From the NCBI GenBank assembly GCA_964199315.1, contig OZ116702.1, positions 8,928,001-8,992,000 of the forward strand: 64,000 nt of DNA. The letters are read 5' to 3'. The stretch is from Orbicella franksi (lineage: Eukaryota). Of the stretch, positions 47,001 to 60,674 are shown piece by piece; position 1 is the first letter of the stretch, and each line of letters opens with the position of its first letter. Made by a program: the position numbers and the translations under genes. Under the pieces are notes generated by a model. That model did no database searches and was not told where the DNA came from. It was given only the letters and a program-made list of their open reading frames with translations.

Positions 47001-50000
47001 GATCAGCTGCATCATTCAGCTTCCCAATGACGTCCCCATCGAGTGTTTCGTCAAGGAAACGGTGTCCTAAACCAGGAAATAGTTGTCGTGGATGATTACG
47101 CGAGCAGATATAAATTCGCTCTCCCTGATCTGAAAATTTTGTGAAGGTCCCATTGAAGAGGGGCAACAACATCACGCCGCAGAGTTTGTCATATTTGCGG
47201 TCTTTAAGACAAAACTGAAGAAGGAGTAGTTTTTCTCGTCTAACAAGGTTCTGGTAACAAAAGGGGACTTGCTTCAATGCTGCTCTTGTGCCACTGGGAG
47301 TGATATTCTTTACAGTGGCCCCTGCATAGAACAAAATGGCGTCCGTGACGTGACTGGGTACTGAGACAACAGGCACATCAGCTGCTAGTAATACTCGCTG
47401 AAGCAGCTCTTTAGGTTCATCTTTAGACAGCAGGTCAAAAACGGCTTTCTGTACTGTCAGCCATTGCCCAAAATGTGCCGGGGTGTAAACAACTTTTTTC
47501 TGCAGTAGCAAGTGAAACAATGGATCTCTTATCTTCTCCCACTTTGGGTCAATGGAGCTGATGTCTGGCCATGCTCTGTAAGAAACAAATAAGCGTAAAA
47601 CTGCAGTAGTTCCCTCGTTTTAATACCAGCATAGCAAGCAAGACTCTTCTCAAGAGCCATGCTTGCTATACTGCCTGTGCATGCCTTGTAAACATTTTTG
47701 AAATGACATTTATTTCTAGACGCAATATCCGACTTAGTTCCTCTCCAAGAGTACCGAGCGTTGGCTCGGTGAACAGCGGCAGCCAGTTTTAACTTCAATG
47801 CTCTACATACTCCGTGTTTGAATGAAATAACATTTTTTAACAAGTCCAGATTACTGACAAACGCTAAAAAGCACGACAAACTACGCATTCGCGATCGTGG
47901 AAACAAAATGGGTCCAACAATACTAAGAGCCTATCATGTGCCAACAACCATTGATTACTTCTGGGCATAGAATCAACAATTTATAACTTACGTGAAAGCA
48001 CGTTTAAGGGCCAACACTGAACGAATATTTTGTAGTTGGAGGTATACTTATCCAAGAGCATGACAGTTATTATCCGAGTCACTTCTCAGACAAAATAACA
48101 CTTACTTGAAGATGGATGTCCTTGGTACGAGAAATGATTTCTCGTTAATTGCTTCCAAAATCATCGTGGCATACGCTCTGGGTATGGCCTCCTCGAGAAG
48201 ACATCTGTTCCATAGTAACGACTTGTCCGTCAACTGCCGACCACTCGTCTCCCGATCCTCTTGATCCGCATTTGGAGATTTGATATAACGCCTGTTCTGA
48301 CTCAAAGCAAAAAAGCCATTAACGTGCACTGGCAAACCTGTCAAGCTCCTCTTTTGCACCGGCAGAGGCAAGAAGCAGAACACGTGGCCTTTGATGTCGG
48401 GCGTTTGCACTTTGGGACCTGTTGGCAGTGCCATGGCGACACCCACTGTGGGTAGATAGTTAAGCTCTTTATCTGTCATTAGTCTCTTAAACCTCATAGA
48501 AACCTCCCCTCCACAAAAGTAATTGGTAACAAGGAAAGAATGCTGCTTCACGGGCGAGTCGAGCTTTACTGTCTCTATCGTGACAGGGTAGGTCACAGTG
48601 ACAGATTCTGTCATCACTTTTCCAGGTTTGATCTCTGCGAGAAACTCCTTTCTCTTCGCTCGAACTATTTGGAGACTTTGATCGGCGATTCTAACTTGGA
48701 AGATCCTTTCAGGATCAGACCCTGACTCTTCTCTAACATAAAGCTCGATTGATTCCAGGTGTTGAAGAAAGAGGAGAATTAAGTGGGCGTCAGCCTCAAA
48801 ACTTTCAAACAGTATTTCCATCTTCTCAGCAGAGTAGAGTGTTTCTGACAACTCGGAGGGTTTGGTCCTAAAAGGGAAACGGAACAAGGTGCCATCGTAA
48901 AATCCCTGGGAAAAAACGTCTTCCGTACAGTCAAAGATTCCCTGGTAAGGAAGGAACTGGTCTGGTATTTCGTCCATCTCTGCGCGGTCGTCATTGAGTC
49001 GCCAGTGTTTTCCTGTTCTTCTGTGGCGCTTGTCAGAAAAGTAAACACCATGAGGGTCAATGAAGCCAATTTGGGAATCACTGAGTAAACTTGGTAAATC
49101 TGAGATAGAAGAGTGAAAGAAACATGACTCAGGGGACCACTATACGTTGTCAAGTGCTTTCATTTAAGTAACGGAATATTGAATTCAATCTTGAAACAAT
49201 TGTTTCAATTTTCTAAACAAAGTAGGCCAATTTAATAAACTAAAAGAAGACAAGAATTGTAAACGTTTCTCTTTGCAGCTATGGTCGTTTTTCATCAGGT
49301 TCAATGAATAAATGTGAGTCTTTAAGCAGGGTCTCACCTTCAGTTATGATTAAGAGGGCGCATATGTGTGGACCTATTTGTCACTCTGTGAACCTTAGGT
49401 TCTCTGTGATTTCATATCACTGGATGATTGTTTTTTTATGGAAATATAAATACGTGATACGGTCGTAGATCTCTGAAAAATTTTTTGTGTTAAGTAGATT
49501 TGAAATTTACATCTTTTACCTATGTACCATATAAGCGACGTATATAAACACTAAAATTTATTAAGATTGTACTGGAGATGTATGTACCTGTCATGTGAAA
49601 TACAGACTTGAATCCCAAACCAAAACGGCCGACTTTCATTGGATCTTCCACTTTGATGCTATTACAGACCAGTCGAATACCCCTCCAGTCTTCTCTTGTA
49701 AACCGTGCGTTGTTGTAAGCGTAAAGCGCTGGGCCCTGTTTGAACATTTTAATAAAAGGTATATGAGGAAGTCTTCTGTGGCACTGTATCTTTTTGTAGC
49801 GTCCCCAGACGCAACTTGTGTAGTCATGTCAACTATAACAGTATGCTGTAGATGTTGGCAGTTTTCCCCTTACCTTATCTAACAACATCAGAGAAAACTT
49901 TAGGCTTTTTAAGCCTTAAAGATGTCTTTGTATCTATAGTTTCTCCAAAATAAAAATGGTTGGATGCACATTTATCTGGGTAAAGATCTGTTTGTCAGAC

Positions 50001-51304
50001 ATAAACGGAAACCATATTCTTCCGCTCGGGAAAATGCCTAGGACACGCTCCTGTGCCTGACATCGAAAAGCCAGAAACCCAAAGGCTTTCACCATTAAAT
50101 TAGAAGAAATCCTAAATATAATGCGCTCTCAAAAATTACTATGAAACTGAACTGAGCTGTTATTGTGAGTTATCCATTCATAAGGTTCTTGGATTTTAGC
50201 ACAATAATCACTCGACCTTGAACAATTCAGTGAGTTTTTTCTACGTGGTCCTAGCGGCACATTTTAAATCTTGCGAATTTGCAGCGTCATGATTTTTGTT
50301 CGTTTCGATCAAAAGTGAGACAAGACGATGTGTTTACCTGAAATTGTGCGAGGTCCTCATCAAAAAGATGTTCGGTGTCATGACTGTGTTTGTCGTGCAA
50401 GAACTTCACTCGACTGGCATTTGCATCCTCGGCATTTTGAATCAGTTCCTAGACACGAGAGACTCGAGTGATCAACAATCGCAAAAATACATATGCTACC
50501 ACTGGAATATCTTTAACAACGGAAGCAAAACTGTATAAATTTCTCATACACAGCCTGTTAGAAAAATAAACGAAGAGTTCTCGTACAGAGCCTTGCTGAT
50601 TTTTATCATGAATGTGAGGTTGACGTTGTAACTCAGTACTTAATTGATCCATGGTAGCCGGTCCAATATGCTATGTGTTGTATTGTTTGGCAAAAGGACT
50701 ATGTCGTGAACTTGCAAACCTTACTGTAGCAGATGTAAGGAAGGAAATTTTGCTTCCCTGCAATCTCAGCGATTTTTGCACAAAAGTAATGTGTTTTACC
50801 TTCAGTATCTGTCCATCATCAGGATACTGATCTAGGATGGACCTCAACTGTTGGATGAGTGATGGCTGAATTAAATCAAACCCATCGTCATCTTTGTTCG
50901 CTGAGCAACAAATTTAAAAAATAAAACAGACATTAGAGGCAAGTTTCAAAGAAACCACACACAGAGACCTGGCCTGAGAAATATCCGCAGTAACATAGTT
51001 TCCCTCCTGAATGATCGAGGCTTTAAGTTACTTGGGACAAGAATGCCACTTCAGTTGACATCTAATTATCTGATAATTTTCGTACATCCGGACTTCTATA
51101 TGCACCACATGGACTATGGATTGACGGAACGCGTCTCTGTAACCAACGCGTAGGCATTAATTCCTCAAAACTATCATTTAAGAATGCTTCCCTGCGCGAG
51201 TTATTTAAAACACCCCCAGAATATAGAAAACTGAAAATGAAACACACCCGGATTTCTTACTGAAGTTATTGTTCAGTTATATGGCATAGTTTATACCCAC
51301 CCAT
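34821..51304 (-). CDS. SACS: Sacsin-like gene, copy 3, complete but with one in-frame TAG (37343-37345). Exons: 51301-51304, 50800-50900, 50338-50448, 49588-49735, 48106-49099, 46998-47575, 35492-46695, 34821-35099. 13,419 nt = 4472 codons plus stop
   Basis: All junctions are GT-AG and phase-compatible. Three SRR Hsp90-like modules ([48 protein letters not shown]), a J-like domain ([10 protein letters not shown]) and a HEPN domain ([18 protein letters not shown]|[19 protein letters not shown]). It may be a nonsense allele or a young pseudogene. Exon 1 is inferred. Confidence 0.9.
35492..37342 (-). CDS. SACS: Copy 3 exon 7 segment after the internal TAG: linker, J-like domain and start of HEPN
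   Basis: Same frame as the 3134-aa ORF ([20 protein letters not shown]). High identity to the copy 4 ORF 62207-64000. Confidence 0.9.
37343..46695 (-). CDS. SACS: Copy 3 exon 7 main ORF: SRR1 C-terminal part, SRR2 and SRR3
   Basis: Uninterrupted ORF of more than 3100 codons with two complete GHKL motif sets and the sacsin motifs [15 protein letters not shown] and [15 protein letters not shown]. Confidence 0.95.
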
Positions 51305-52366
51305 GAGCAAGATTCCAGATTTTCTGCAAATAGCTTCTTGCTGTTCCTTCACCTGATAATCATCTAAATAAGAGAACAATTAAGAAATAAAATCAGCGCG
51401 CTTTGGAGCCATATTGAACATTCAAGCACTGTATATTTTCAAGCGACGTAAATATTCCGCGACACACACAAGTGTTAATTTTTAATTGAGAAGAAAGTGT
51501 AACCGGTTAGGCACCGCTGGATCTTCTTCATTGTTATAGGAAGGCCAAAATCCTGCTGTTAAATTATAAATACTGCATATTTTGCACCTTTGAAACACGT
51601 CTCGCGTCTCGTCTTTCAAATTTTACAACCCAGATTCTGTTTGAAACCTTGCAAATATCTATCAAACTACGTTGCTCTGGAAAATTAACAGGGTCACTGA
51701 AAACGAGCGCCGTTAACCCACGCGTGAAATTATCACGGGGCTTTTAAGCAGCGTGGCGCCGAAAAATAACCCAGATTAAACTCCTTCTGAAACGATGGGC
51801 GAAACTGCTGTCAAAATGAGTTTCAAGTAGCTATGTTCGGCGATTTTTTTAATCCACAACATTCAATGTAGAGCGTTTTCATAGGGCCCTGGGTGCTGTT
51901 CCGTAACACCAGGAAATGTTTACCAAAGAAAAAAAGAACTCATTTTCCAAAGGAGAGAGTCAATATGGCTGCCATGCCATCGAAGAAGGCTAGACTCTTC
52001 AATTTTAATTCAACGGTGTTTTGAGATGACCATTAACATAAGTTTTGTAAAATGAGTTAACCATTGTCATTTAGATATCGTATGAAATATTTCCATCATC
52101 GCACGGTTCACAGACAAATTATATTAATTACATACTGATGCGACTCGAGATAACAATGTCGCCCGAAAGCGGGAAAACCATTCCGGTGTTCGGCTATAAA
52201 CCGGAGTATTGAAACCTTTTCCAACGCAGGAGTGTGCGCAAAAGCATGCAAAGCATAGTGTTATCACAACAGAATTACGTGTTACCTTGAAAGTCGAGAA
52301 TATAGCAACAAGAAAGAGTTTTTTCGCAGATCTTCCGTGTCAGTCTGTACCAACGATTCAGCTGCG

Positions 52367-52422
52367 TTCTGAGAATCGAGTCAAATTTCCGAGAAACTCC
52401 TTCGACACGCTCTGTTACGTCA
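52367..52422. promoter_or_regulatory. Proximal tandem GAS pair plus CRE-like site, about 1.1 kb upstream of the copy 3 ATG
   Basis: TTCTGAGAA 52367-52375, 11-nt spacer, TTCCGAGAA 52387-52395, TTACGTCA 52415-52422. Confidence 0.55.
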
Positions 52423-54753
52423 TTTGCCCATGGGAAATGTGCTTGGCAACGATATTCGATATGATTTAGCCCTGGCCTTTTAGCCCTTAAGCTTAAAAAT
52501 TTATTTGTTCAGCCAATAAATAGTAAAAGTGCTGTTTGGACCTTTTTTTGATAGCATATATCTAATTTGTCGAGCATGACATCTCCTTGATCGCCGAAAG
52601 TCCTTTGAAGTTTGCCGGGCTTCACAAGTATTCCTTTCTAAACTATACATCATGCGAAATCTTAAAACGCGAAGATCTAACTCTTTACAAAAGTAACAAT
52701 GTCGTACACGAATGTACGGTGCCTAGCATTTCTGGGGTTTACAAGTTTACTTTTCTGTCAAACTGCATGCAAAAGTTTCGCATGGGATATTGTAATTATA
52801 CAACACGCCTGTGTCTGCTCACCGTTTTTTTTGGAAGGTTTAAAAAATGTTTTTGTTACACTCTGTGACTCACTACGAAAGATCTCCTACCTTATTCCAC
52901 TTTCAGATGTTCGTAACTATAGCTCCCGCTTTTTTACAACTAGGAAAACGGCCCCTTCTACCTGCACAGGCCGTGTTTATATGGCTACGAAAATATCATC
53001 AAAGATTCTTGAAGTGTTTTATTATCTCTTTCCTAGAAAGCACATTCATTTGCATGACAACAGCAATTTGAATGTGAAATGTGACAGTCGTACGAAATAA
53101 CAAACCCTTAAACATCAGGCCCTTGCAGACACTGAAATTAATTTTACGATTCGTCATAACTATACTGACAAAATTCTCGAATCTGATTGGTTACCAGCAC
53201 GCTCTAATTCAGGAGCGCGACCAGATAAGGAGTCCAATAACAACGTATTCAATAACAAGCGCTGTTTATTTTTTAGTTCCTCCCGGTGACTCAGTACTCC
53301 TCTATATTGAAAAAAACCGTTCAGATAAATCGTAAACAGTCTAAACAACCTTTGCTTTGTCGGAATATTTATCTTGATTTTGTTTGAAGTTGTGATTGAT
53401 GAATTGTTAACAGGAATTCTTGTCGTCCAATTCTCTCTGTAATCCTACTTGTGATTGTTAAAACAAATCAGACTGTCTCCCGCTTTTTGTTAATCACTCG
53501 TATGATTACAGTCCGAATTGGACTTCACTCCGGTTCATATCACCATAACGAACTGTTTCCACTTCTCAATAAAGAGATTTCAGTTTCTGAATTTCATCGT
53601 TTGAGATATAAGGCATCTATCATTCTGACCAACATTTAACTGAGTAATATTTATCTCTTCCATTATGCGTTCGAGATTTCTACGAAGTAATAGTTCAGTG
53701 ATGAGATGGTTTTGGTAGAATTTAAGAAAGTGCCTTCCAAGTAATCATTTTTAATTCTTCCTCTACATTTCGGTATTGTTAAATATCACCCTTTAGCAGA
53801 AACGCTTGCTTATAGCAAGTGGCTTGAATTGAGAATCTTTTGTAATGTTGATCTGATCCAAGATTCTACTGCTGCTATAAACTCACAAGGGCAAAAATCA
53901 CCTTCACAAACACAACTGCAGTAAACAATACTTACTTTTGCCATTGAGAATTTACTGAGTAAACAGTATTTCGCAGTTTCTCGATCACCGCCGCGTTCGA
54001 AGACTTAACATGCTTATACACAATCAAAATGAAGGTTTAAAGCTGACGACATCTTTTCTCCACTACTCCGGCCGTATTTGATTTGAATTGCTTCTTAACG
54101 AAGGGTATATTAAGACAGAATGTGAAGCTTGCAAAAAATGTCAGTAAGGGAAACTTTTTCTAGTAGCTATATCCTGTATTTTGAATTGAGTTTATTCCTA
54201 ACGGTTGACTTTATTCCTTCGTTAAATTATATATTTCGACATGTTCATACAATTACGAATTACATTTCAATGTAGAAGACGGGAATAAAAATGAGGCTCG
54301 GCGTGGTCATTTAAGAGCGTTTCAGAAAACATTTTAGCGATCATTCACCACTACTTAAACTGAGCTGTGTTTTTTAATCGATCTTTAGCAATGGTTCCCT
54401 CCGTTTTGAAACTTTCACCAGCTCTTTAAACCAAGAGGTTGCTGAAACGGACTGCGATCGGCCGATCGAGCCACTTGTTCAAAGCATTTCTTCGGTTAAA
54501 AAATTATAGTTTCTTAGGCTCAGTTACTGAATGGCTGGTATATAGAAATATTTCCTGTCATCAACTGACTCTGCCACATTCGTCCATGGCAAATTAGGAG
54601 AAGATAACTCCGTCCATTTTGCAGAACTTGTCGTTGTTGCAGTTTGTCAATCGTTTCAATTACTGTCGAACATACATAAATTTATCACGAACACCGTGAC
54701 TATTGATGTGAAGTAAATTTGAAATAATTCATACTTGAACTGCGGTGGTAGAT

Positions 54754-54784
<31 letters not shown>

Positions 54785-55518
54785 TAGCAATTGGAAAATT
54801 TACTGCGATGATCATTCTTCACCGCTTTCACCGTGACTATTCTTGTAAAACTGTTATTCGGTAAGAAGAAAATGAGAAGGGTGAGCGAATGACTTGATGA
54901 ATGATCAATGGCTTCATAAACTGACCTAAGTAAGGCGTTATTTTAAAGGCTTGTTCACCTACAGTTTTAATATATCGTGTACCTACTCGGTCGTACCAAA
55001 CCCTAATCACTATAAGACGTATCTGCATGATACTAAATGACTCTGAAACTGTCCTATTGCCAAGCCAATCTGACGGTCACTAGTTAGTGTCATTCGATCA
55101 TCTAATTCTTAAACGCTTTCTAAGCTAAATTATTTGAAATGAGTTGTAATATTACTTTGAACGGGAATTTTCCTTAACAGTATTCGGAAAGAAATTTAAA
55201 TATCGCCGAAGGATGACACTAGTAATTAAATATTACATACTGGTTGTGATATTATAGTGCGCACGTTGTGATGGAATTTAATTTGTTCTCGCGTTCGGAG
55301 TAAATCGTTACACCGACAACTGAGCGAATGCCGATATTAAAAAAGCCACTTTGATTTTTCCCTTGCTGAAACAATCATACAAACCGATAGAGCATAACAA
55401 TACAACATTCTGAAAGATTTTCTTACCATGTTCTTAGTTTCACACCACTTCTGAGTGAGTATTCTCTTTTTACCAAACAGTGCGAAGTGACAGCACAAAT
55501 AGGAATCAGCAGATCCCT

Positions 55519-55620
55519 TTCCAAGAATTGCCAATGATTCTAGGAATTGCTTTTGTAGTTTCCAAAAATATCTTTCCGAGAAACCAAGATTCTTATCACA
55601 TGATAACATGCGTGACGTAG
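55519..55620. promoter_or_regulatory. Distal triple GAS cluster plus CRE-like site, unit C first duplicate
   Basis: TTCCAAGAA 55519, TTCTAGGAA 55538, TTCCGAGAA 55574, TGACGTAG 55613. Confidence 0.55.
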
Positions 55621-58600
55621 TTGTTTGTTTTTGGTTTTTTACCATATCCCGTATGTAAGATGGCGAGTAGAGCCGCTTGTCATCCGGGATAAAGTGGCGC
55701 GTCGTTTTAAAAAAAGTGGCTGCGGTCTCATGAATTAAAAATGATTTTGCTTGTGTATTTGATTTGGCGGAGGCGGAGGGGTAAGATAGGTTTGAGCAGC
55801 GGATTTGGGCAAAAACGTTTTCATGATAATTAATTTTACTATTATTTAATCATAACTATACTGACAAAATTCTCGAATCTGATTGGTTACCAGAATGTTC
55901 TATTTTCAACCACATTCAGGAGCTTGCACCCAGATAAGGAGTCCAATAACAAGCGCTGTTTATTTAGTTCCTCGCGGTGAATCAGTACTCCTCTATATTG
56001 AAAAAACCGTTCAGATAAATCGTAAACAGTCTTAACAGCCTTCGCTTTGTCGGAATATTGTGGAAGTTGTGATTGATGAATTGTTGACAGGAATTCGTGT
56101 CGTTCATTGAATTCTGTCTGTAATCCTACTTGTGATTAACCAAATCGGACTCCCGCTTTTTTTAATCAATCGTATGATTATAGTTTACAGTCCGAATTGG
56201 ACTTCACTCGGATTCATATCACGATAACGAACTGTTTCCACTTCTCAATAAAGAGATTTCTGAACTTCATTGTTTGAGTTACAAGACATCTATCATTCTG
56301 ACCAACATCCAACTGAGTAATATTTATCTCTTTCGGTATTCGCTCTAGATTTCTACGAAGTAATAGTTCAGTAATGAGATGGGTTAACTTTAGTAGAAGT
56401 TAAGTGTCTTTCAAGTAATCATTTTTAATTCCTCCTCTACATTTCGGAATTGTTAAACATCACTCTTTAGCACAAACGCTTGCTCATAGCAAGTGGTTTG
56501 AACTGAGAATATTTCCTAATTTTGATCTGATCCAAGATTCTACTGCTGTTATAAACTCACAAGGGCAAACATCACCTTCAAAAATGCAACTGCAGTAGGC
56601 AATACTAATTTTTGCCATTGAGCATTTACTGAGTATAAACAGTATTTCGCAGTTTCTCGATCACCGTCGTGTTCGAAGACTTAACATGCTTATACATAAT
56701 CAGGAATGAAGGTTCAGGGCTGAAGACATCTTTTCTCCACAGCGCCGGTCGTATTTCATTTGGATTGCTTCTTAACGAAGGGTATAATAAGACAGAATAT
56801 GAAACTTGCAAAAAAAGTCAGTAAGGGAAGCTTTTTCTAGTAGCTATATCCTGTATTTTGTACTAAGTTTATTCCTAAAGGCTGACTTTATTCCTTCGTT
56901 AAATTAGATATTTCGATATGTTCATATAGTCACGAATTACATTTCAATGTAGAATACTTCAGGTCACCTGGCGAAGAAGGACTACTTCAAGACATTTCTA
57001 CCTTTCACATGCAAAGCATATTTGCAAGATGGCCCGCATTTAGAACATGGCAAATAACAGTAAAGTATAGAACTTTTTTAATTCCGTTGTTTCACCATTC
57101 ACCTGACTCGGTTAATACGTCGAGGCTTATAAATTGTAATGTAAAACTGTTCGCTAATTTCTCGCAGTGAAAATTGTATTCACCTCGTCCTAAACAGAAT
57201 TCACTGCACTTTTTTATTCAATGGCACAGCTGTAGTAGTTCAATACTTGGTGTTTCTTGACCATTAAAACAGACCACGAATTCTAACTTTTCAAAGAGAA
57301 ATCATCTTAACAAATGATTACCTGGCAAAAAATATGACCGCGGTATTTCAAATTATTACATGGCATTTCTTTAGTTCTATAGTTTTTTCAAAAGAAGAAA
57401 ATACTAGGCTACTGGCAAAATGGAAGTTTTCTTTCACTTTGGAGAGAGAAACAGCGAGACCCTTAGACCTGTCTCAGCAGCAAAACACTGATTTATAATT
57501 TCTCTTTCGGCTGCCGGTTTGCGCTTGCCTTCGAAGTTCGAAGAGCACATAAAATTCTAGCCGGGAATAAAAATCAGGCTCAGCGTGATCATTCAAGAAC
57601 GTTTCAGAAAACATTTTAGCGATCATTCACCGCCACTAAAAGCTGTGCTTTTTAGTCGATCTTTAGCAATGGCTCCCTCCCTTTGAAACTTTCACCAACT
57701 CTTTGAACTAAGAGCTTTCTGAAACTGACTGCGATCGGCCGATCGAGCTACTTGTTCAAATGCACCTTTTCGGTTAAAAGATTATAGTTTCTTAGGCTCA
57801 GTTACTGAATGGCTGGTATACAGAAATATTTCCTGTCATCAATTCCACGTTCGTCCATGACAAATTAGGAGAAGATAACTCCGTCCATTTTGCAGAACTT
57901 GTCGTTGTTACAGTCTATCAATCGTTTCGATCACTGTCGAACATACATAAATTTATCACGAACACCATGACTGTTCTTGTAAAACTGTTATTCGGTAAGA
58001 AAAAGCTGAGAGGGTGAACGGATGACTTGATGAATGACTTTGTGAATGGCTTCATGAATTGACCTATGCAAGGCATTATTTTAAAGGCTTGTTTATCTAC
58101 AGTTTTAACATATCGTGTACCTACTCGGTCGTACCAAACCCTAATCATTATAGGACGTATCTACGTGATACTAAATTGATGACTAGTGTCATCCTTCGGC
58201 GATAATTAAATTTTACTCCGAATACTGTTAATTTTAGACGCTTTATCAGGGTGCCAACGAAAATTCCTGTTCAAAATAATATTACAACTCATTTCAAATA
58301 ATTTAGCTTAGAAAGCGTTTAAGAATTAGATGATCGAATGACACTAACTAGTGACCGTCAGATTATCCGGCTTGGCAATACGAGCATTGTGATGGAATCG
58401 TGATGGAATCGTGATGGAATTTAATTTGTTCTCGCGTTCAGACTAAATCGTTACCCCGACAACTGAGCGAATGCCGATATTAAAAAAGCTACTTTGCTTT
58501 TTCCCTTCCTCAAACAATCATACAAACCGATAGAACATAACAATGTAACATTCAGAAAGATTTTCTTACCTTGTACTTAGTTTCACACCGCTTCTGAGTG

Positions 58601-58659
58601 AGTATTCTCTTTTTACCAAACTGCGGAGTGACAGCACAAATAGGAATCAACAGATCCCT

Positions 58660-58762
58660 TTCCAAGAATCGTCAATGATTCTAGGAAACGCTTTTGTAGT
58701 TTCCAAAAATATTTTTCCGAGAAAACAAGATTATTATCACATGATAACGATGCGTGACGTAA
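58660..58762. promoter_or_regulatory. Distal triple GAS cluster plus CRE-like site, unit C second duplicate
   Basis: TTCCAAGAA 58660, TTCTAGGAA 58679, TTCCGAGAA 58715, TGACGTAA 58755. Confidence 0.55.
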
Positions 58763-60646
58763 GTATTTGTTTTTCTTTTTTGTTTTTGACCACATCCCGT
58801 ATGTAAGATGGCGAGTAGAGCAGCTTGTCAGTGGCGCGTCGTTTAAAAAAAGTGGCCGCGGTGTCATGCATTGAAAATGATTTTGCCTGTGTATTTGGTT
58901 TGGCGTAGGCGGAGGGGGAAAATAGGTTTGTGCAGCGGATTTGGGTAAAAATGTTTTCATGACCACATATTCAACCAATATTAATCTGCACGGATTTGAA
59001 TTCTTTTTTTTTTTCTTTTTTTTTTTTTTTTTTGTGCAAACTAACGTAGAATAGGTATATTGATATATTTGGAGCACTTTGGATTAGTAACTATTGTCGA
59101 GGGTTAACCCATAATAGGGAACGTTCACCAAAAAATTTGTACAATCTAAAAGTCTAAAAATCTAAAAATACAATATTTCTTAATACTAATGGATAAAAAC
59201 TCTCGTTATGTTGTTGGGAGGGGAATCAGAGGTTTTAAAACCTTCCTGTGATCTCCAAAAATACTCTAGATTGTCGGATTTTCCGGCCTAGAAATTGCAC
59301 CTGAGTTTCGTAGGCCAACTCTTTTCCATGACCGCTTAAGACCGAGACTGAGTGAATCGAGTCACACTGAGAGGAGAGAGAGCCCTAGAGCTTCTTGCAT
59401 TGTAGGTTCAAAACTTTGTATCGGAAACAAATGGATCAAATGCATAATTTGGCATTTTTGCTCCATCTGGGCCTTTCTTCTACCTGCCACCCGCCCCATC
59501 ACGTCTAGGAAACTGTTTTTTTAGAAATCAAGCAAGAATGTCAAATAAACGCAAATTGGTTTTATTTTTGCTTCGTTTTTCTAACAAACGAGCCTTGCAT
59601 ATGGCCTGTTTCACTGTGTGCTACAGAGATTTTAACTAAATTTATTTCATTATATTTGTTTCTGGCATCGTTAAATTCAACTGAACGTTTATAATTCAGA
59701 CTTATTCGACAAGAGAAACACAACCCTTTTAGACCAGGCTTCTCTAGGGAAAAATGAATTAAGCTTTCGAAGTTGTGTGCTTTGTATTGCAGCCTAAACA
59801 AGTTCATTGTTTTAAAAATAGCTCGAGCTTATTTAGCTTGGAAACATCAAAACCGCCGAAAACTCTTTGGCATTGTGTTTTAACTAAACCGCTGTAAAAA
59901 GACTACAACATCACTTAGAAACACAATAAGAGACGTAGACTAACGGTACACGTCTCCAAACATTTGCTAGTATAAAACTATTTTTTACTTGAAAATTGCC
60001 ATTGAAAATTAGAACATATTTGTTTATTTATACCATTAACCTAAAGGTGTATCTCTCTTTACCTTGTAACTATCTCTACTGATTCCTCTGTTTGACAGGC
60101 ATGTATTCAAGCTTATTTTGAGTAATTACAGCAGTTCTATAATCTTGCATTTACATTTTACTTCAGGTATTCTGAAGTATGAATAACTTCGTATATTCTA
60201 CTGAAAATTATCTACGTAGCAAGCTGTATCTATAACGAGTAAATAGGAATTAGGTTCGTGTTTGAAAGTAGGAAGAACTTTGGTAACTGTGAAATTACGC
60301 GCCTATGTTTATTCCTGACTCACAAATTAGAATATAATCGAGCTATTGGGTCAAGAATCCTAAAGGCTCATGTTTTTACATAGTCTGTGAGTCAAAGGCA
60401 AGCCTAGGACACGTTCAAAACTATGCCCTCGATCTTACTGGTCAACAAGTTTAACTTTGCTAAAAAAAGGTAAATACGAAATGCAACGGCTGACAGGCAA
60501 TGGTATTTTATGTTGCCGGCCACTGTCAATATGGAAGCGTCCGCCTATTTGCCTGCATTGACGCAACTTCTGTTAGAGGCAAGATTTCTTTGCCTTCTTA
60601 AACGGTATAAAATAACTCAAACTAAGCTAATATCGTTTCTCTGAGA

Positions 60647-60674
60647 AAACAAACAAACAAACAAACAAACAAAC
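60647..60674 (+). repeat. (AAAC)7 microsatellite
   Basis: Directly visible. Confidence 0.9.

Larger units (their letters stand above)
53155..58965. repeat. Tandem duplication of the distal upstream block of unit C (about 53155-55830 and 55851-58965)
   Basis: CATAACTATACTGACAAAATTCTCGAATCTGATTGG starts both copies. They are colinear through GGATTTGGG(C/T)AAAAA. Copy 1 lacks about 0.6 kb and copy 2 has a 200-bp inversion. Confidence 0.9.

Noticed and set aside
51249-51262. Alternative exon-1 donor CA|GTAAGA, conserved in all copies
   Set aside because: From the nearby ATG it would give phase 2, incompatible with the phase-1 start of exon 2. ATGG|GT(A/G)GGT fits instead. It could still serve a non-coding or alternative transcript.
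34821-51304. Reading the locus as a prokaryotic GHKL-HEPN anti-phage operon or a contaminant
   Set aside because: Eight GT-AG exons with consistent phases, eukaryotic DNA transposons and no operon structure show that this is a eukaryotic nuclear gene.
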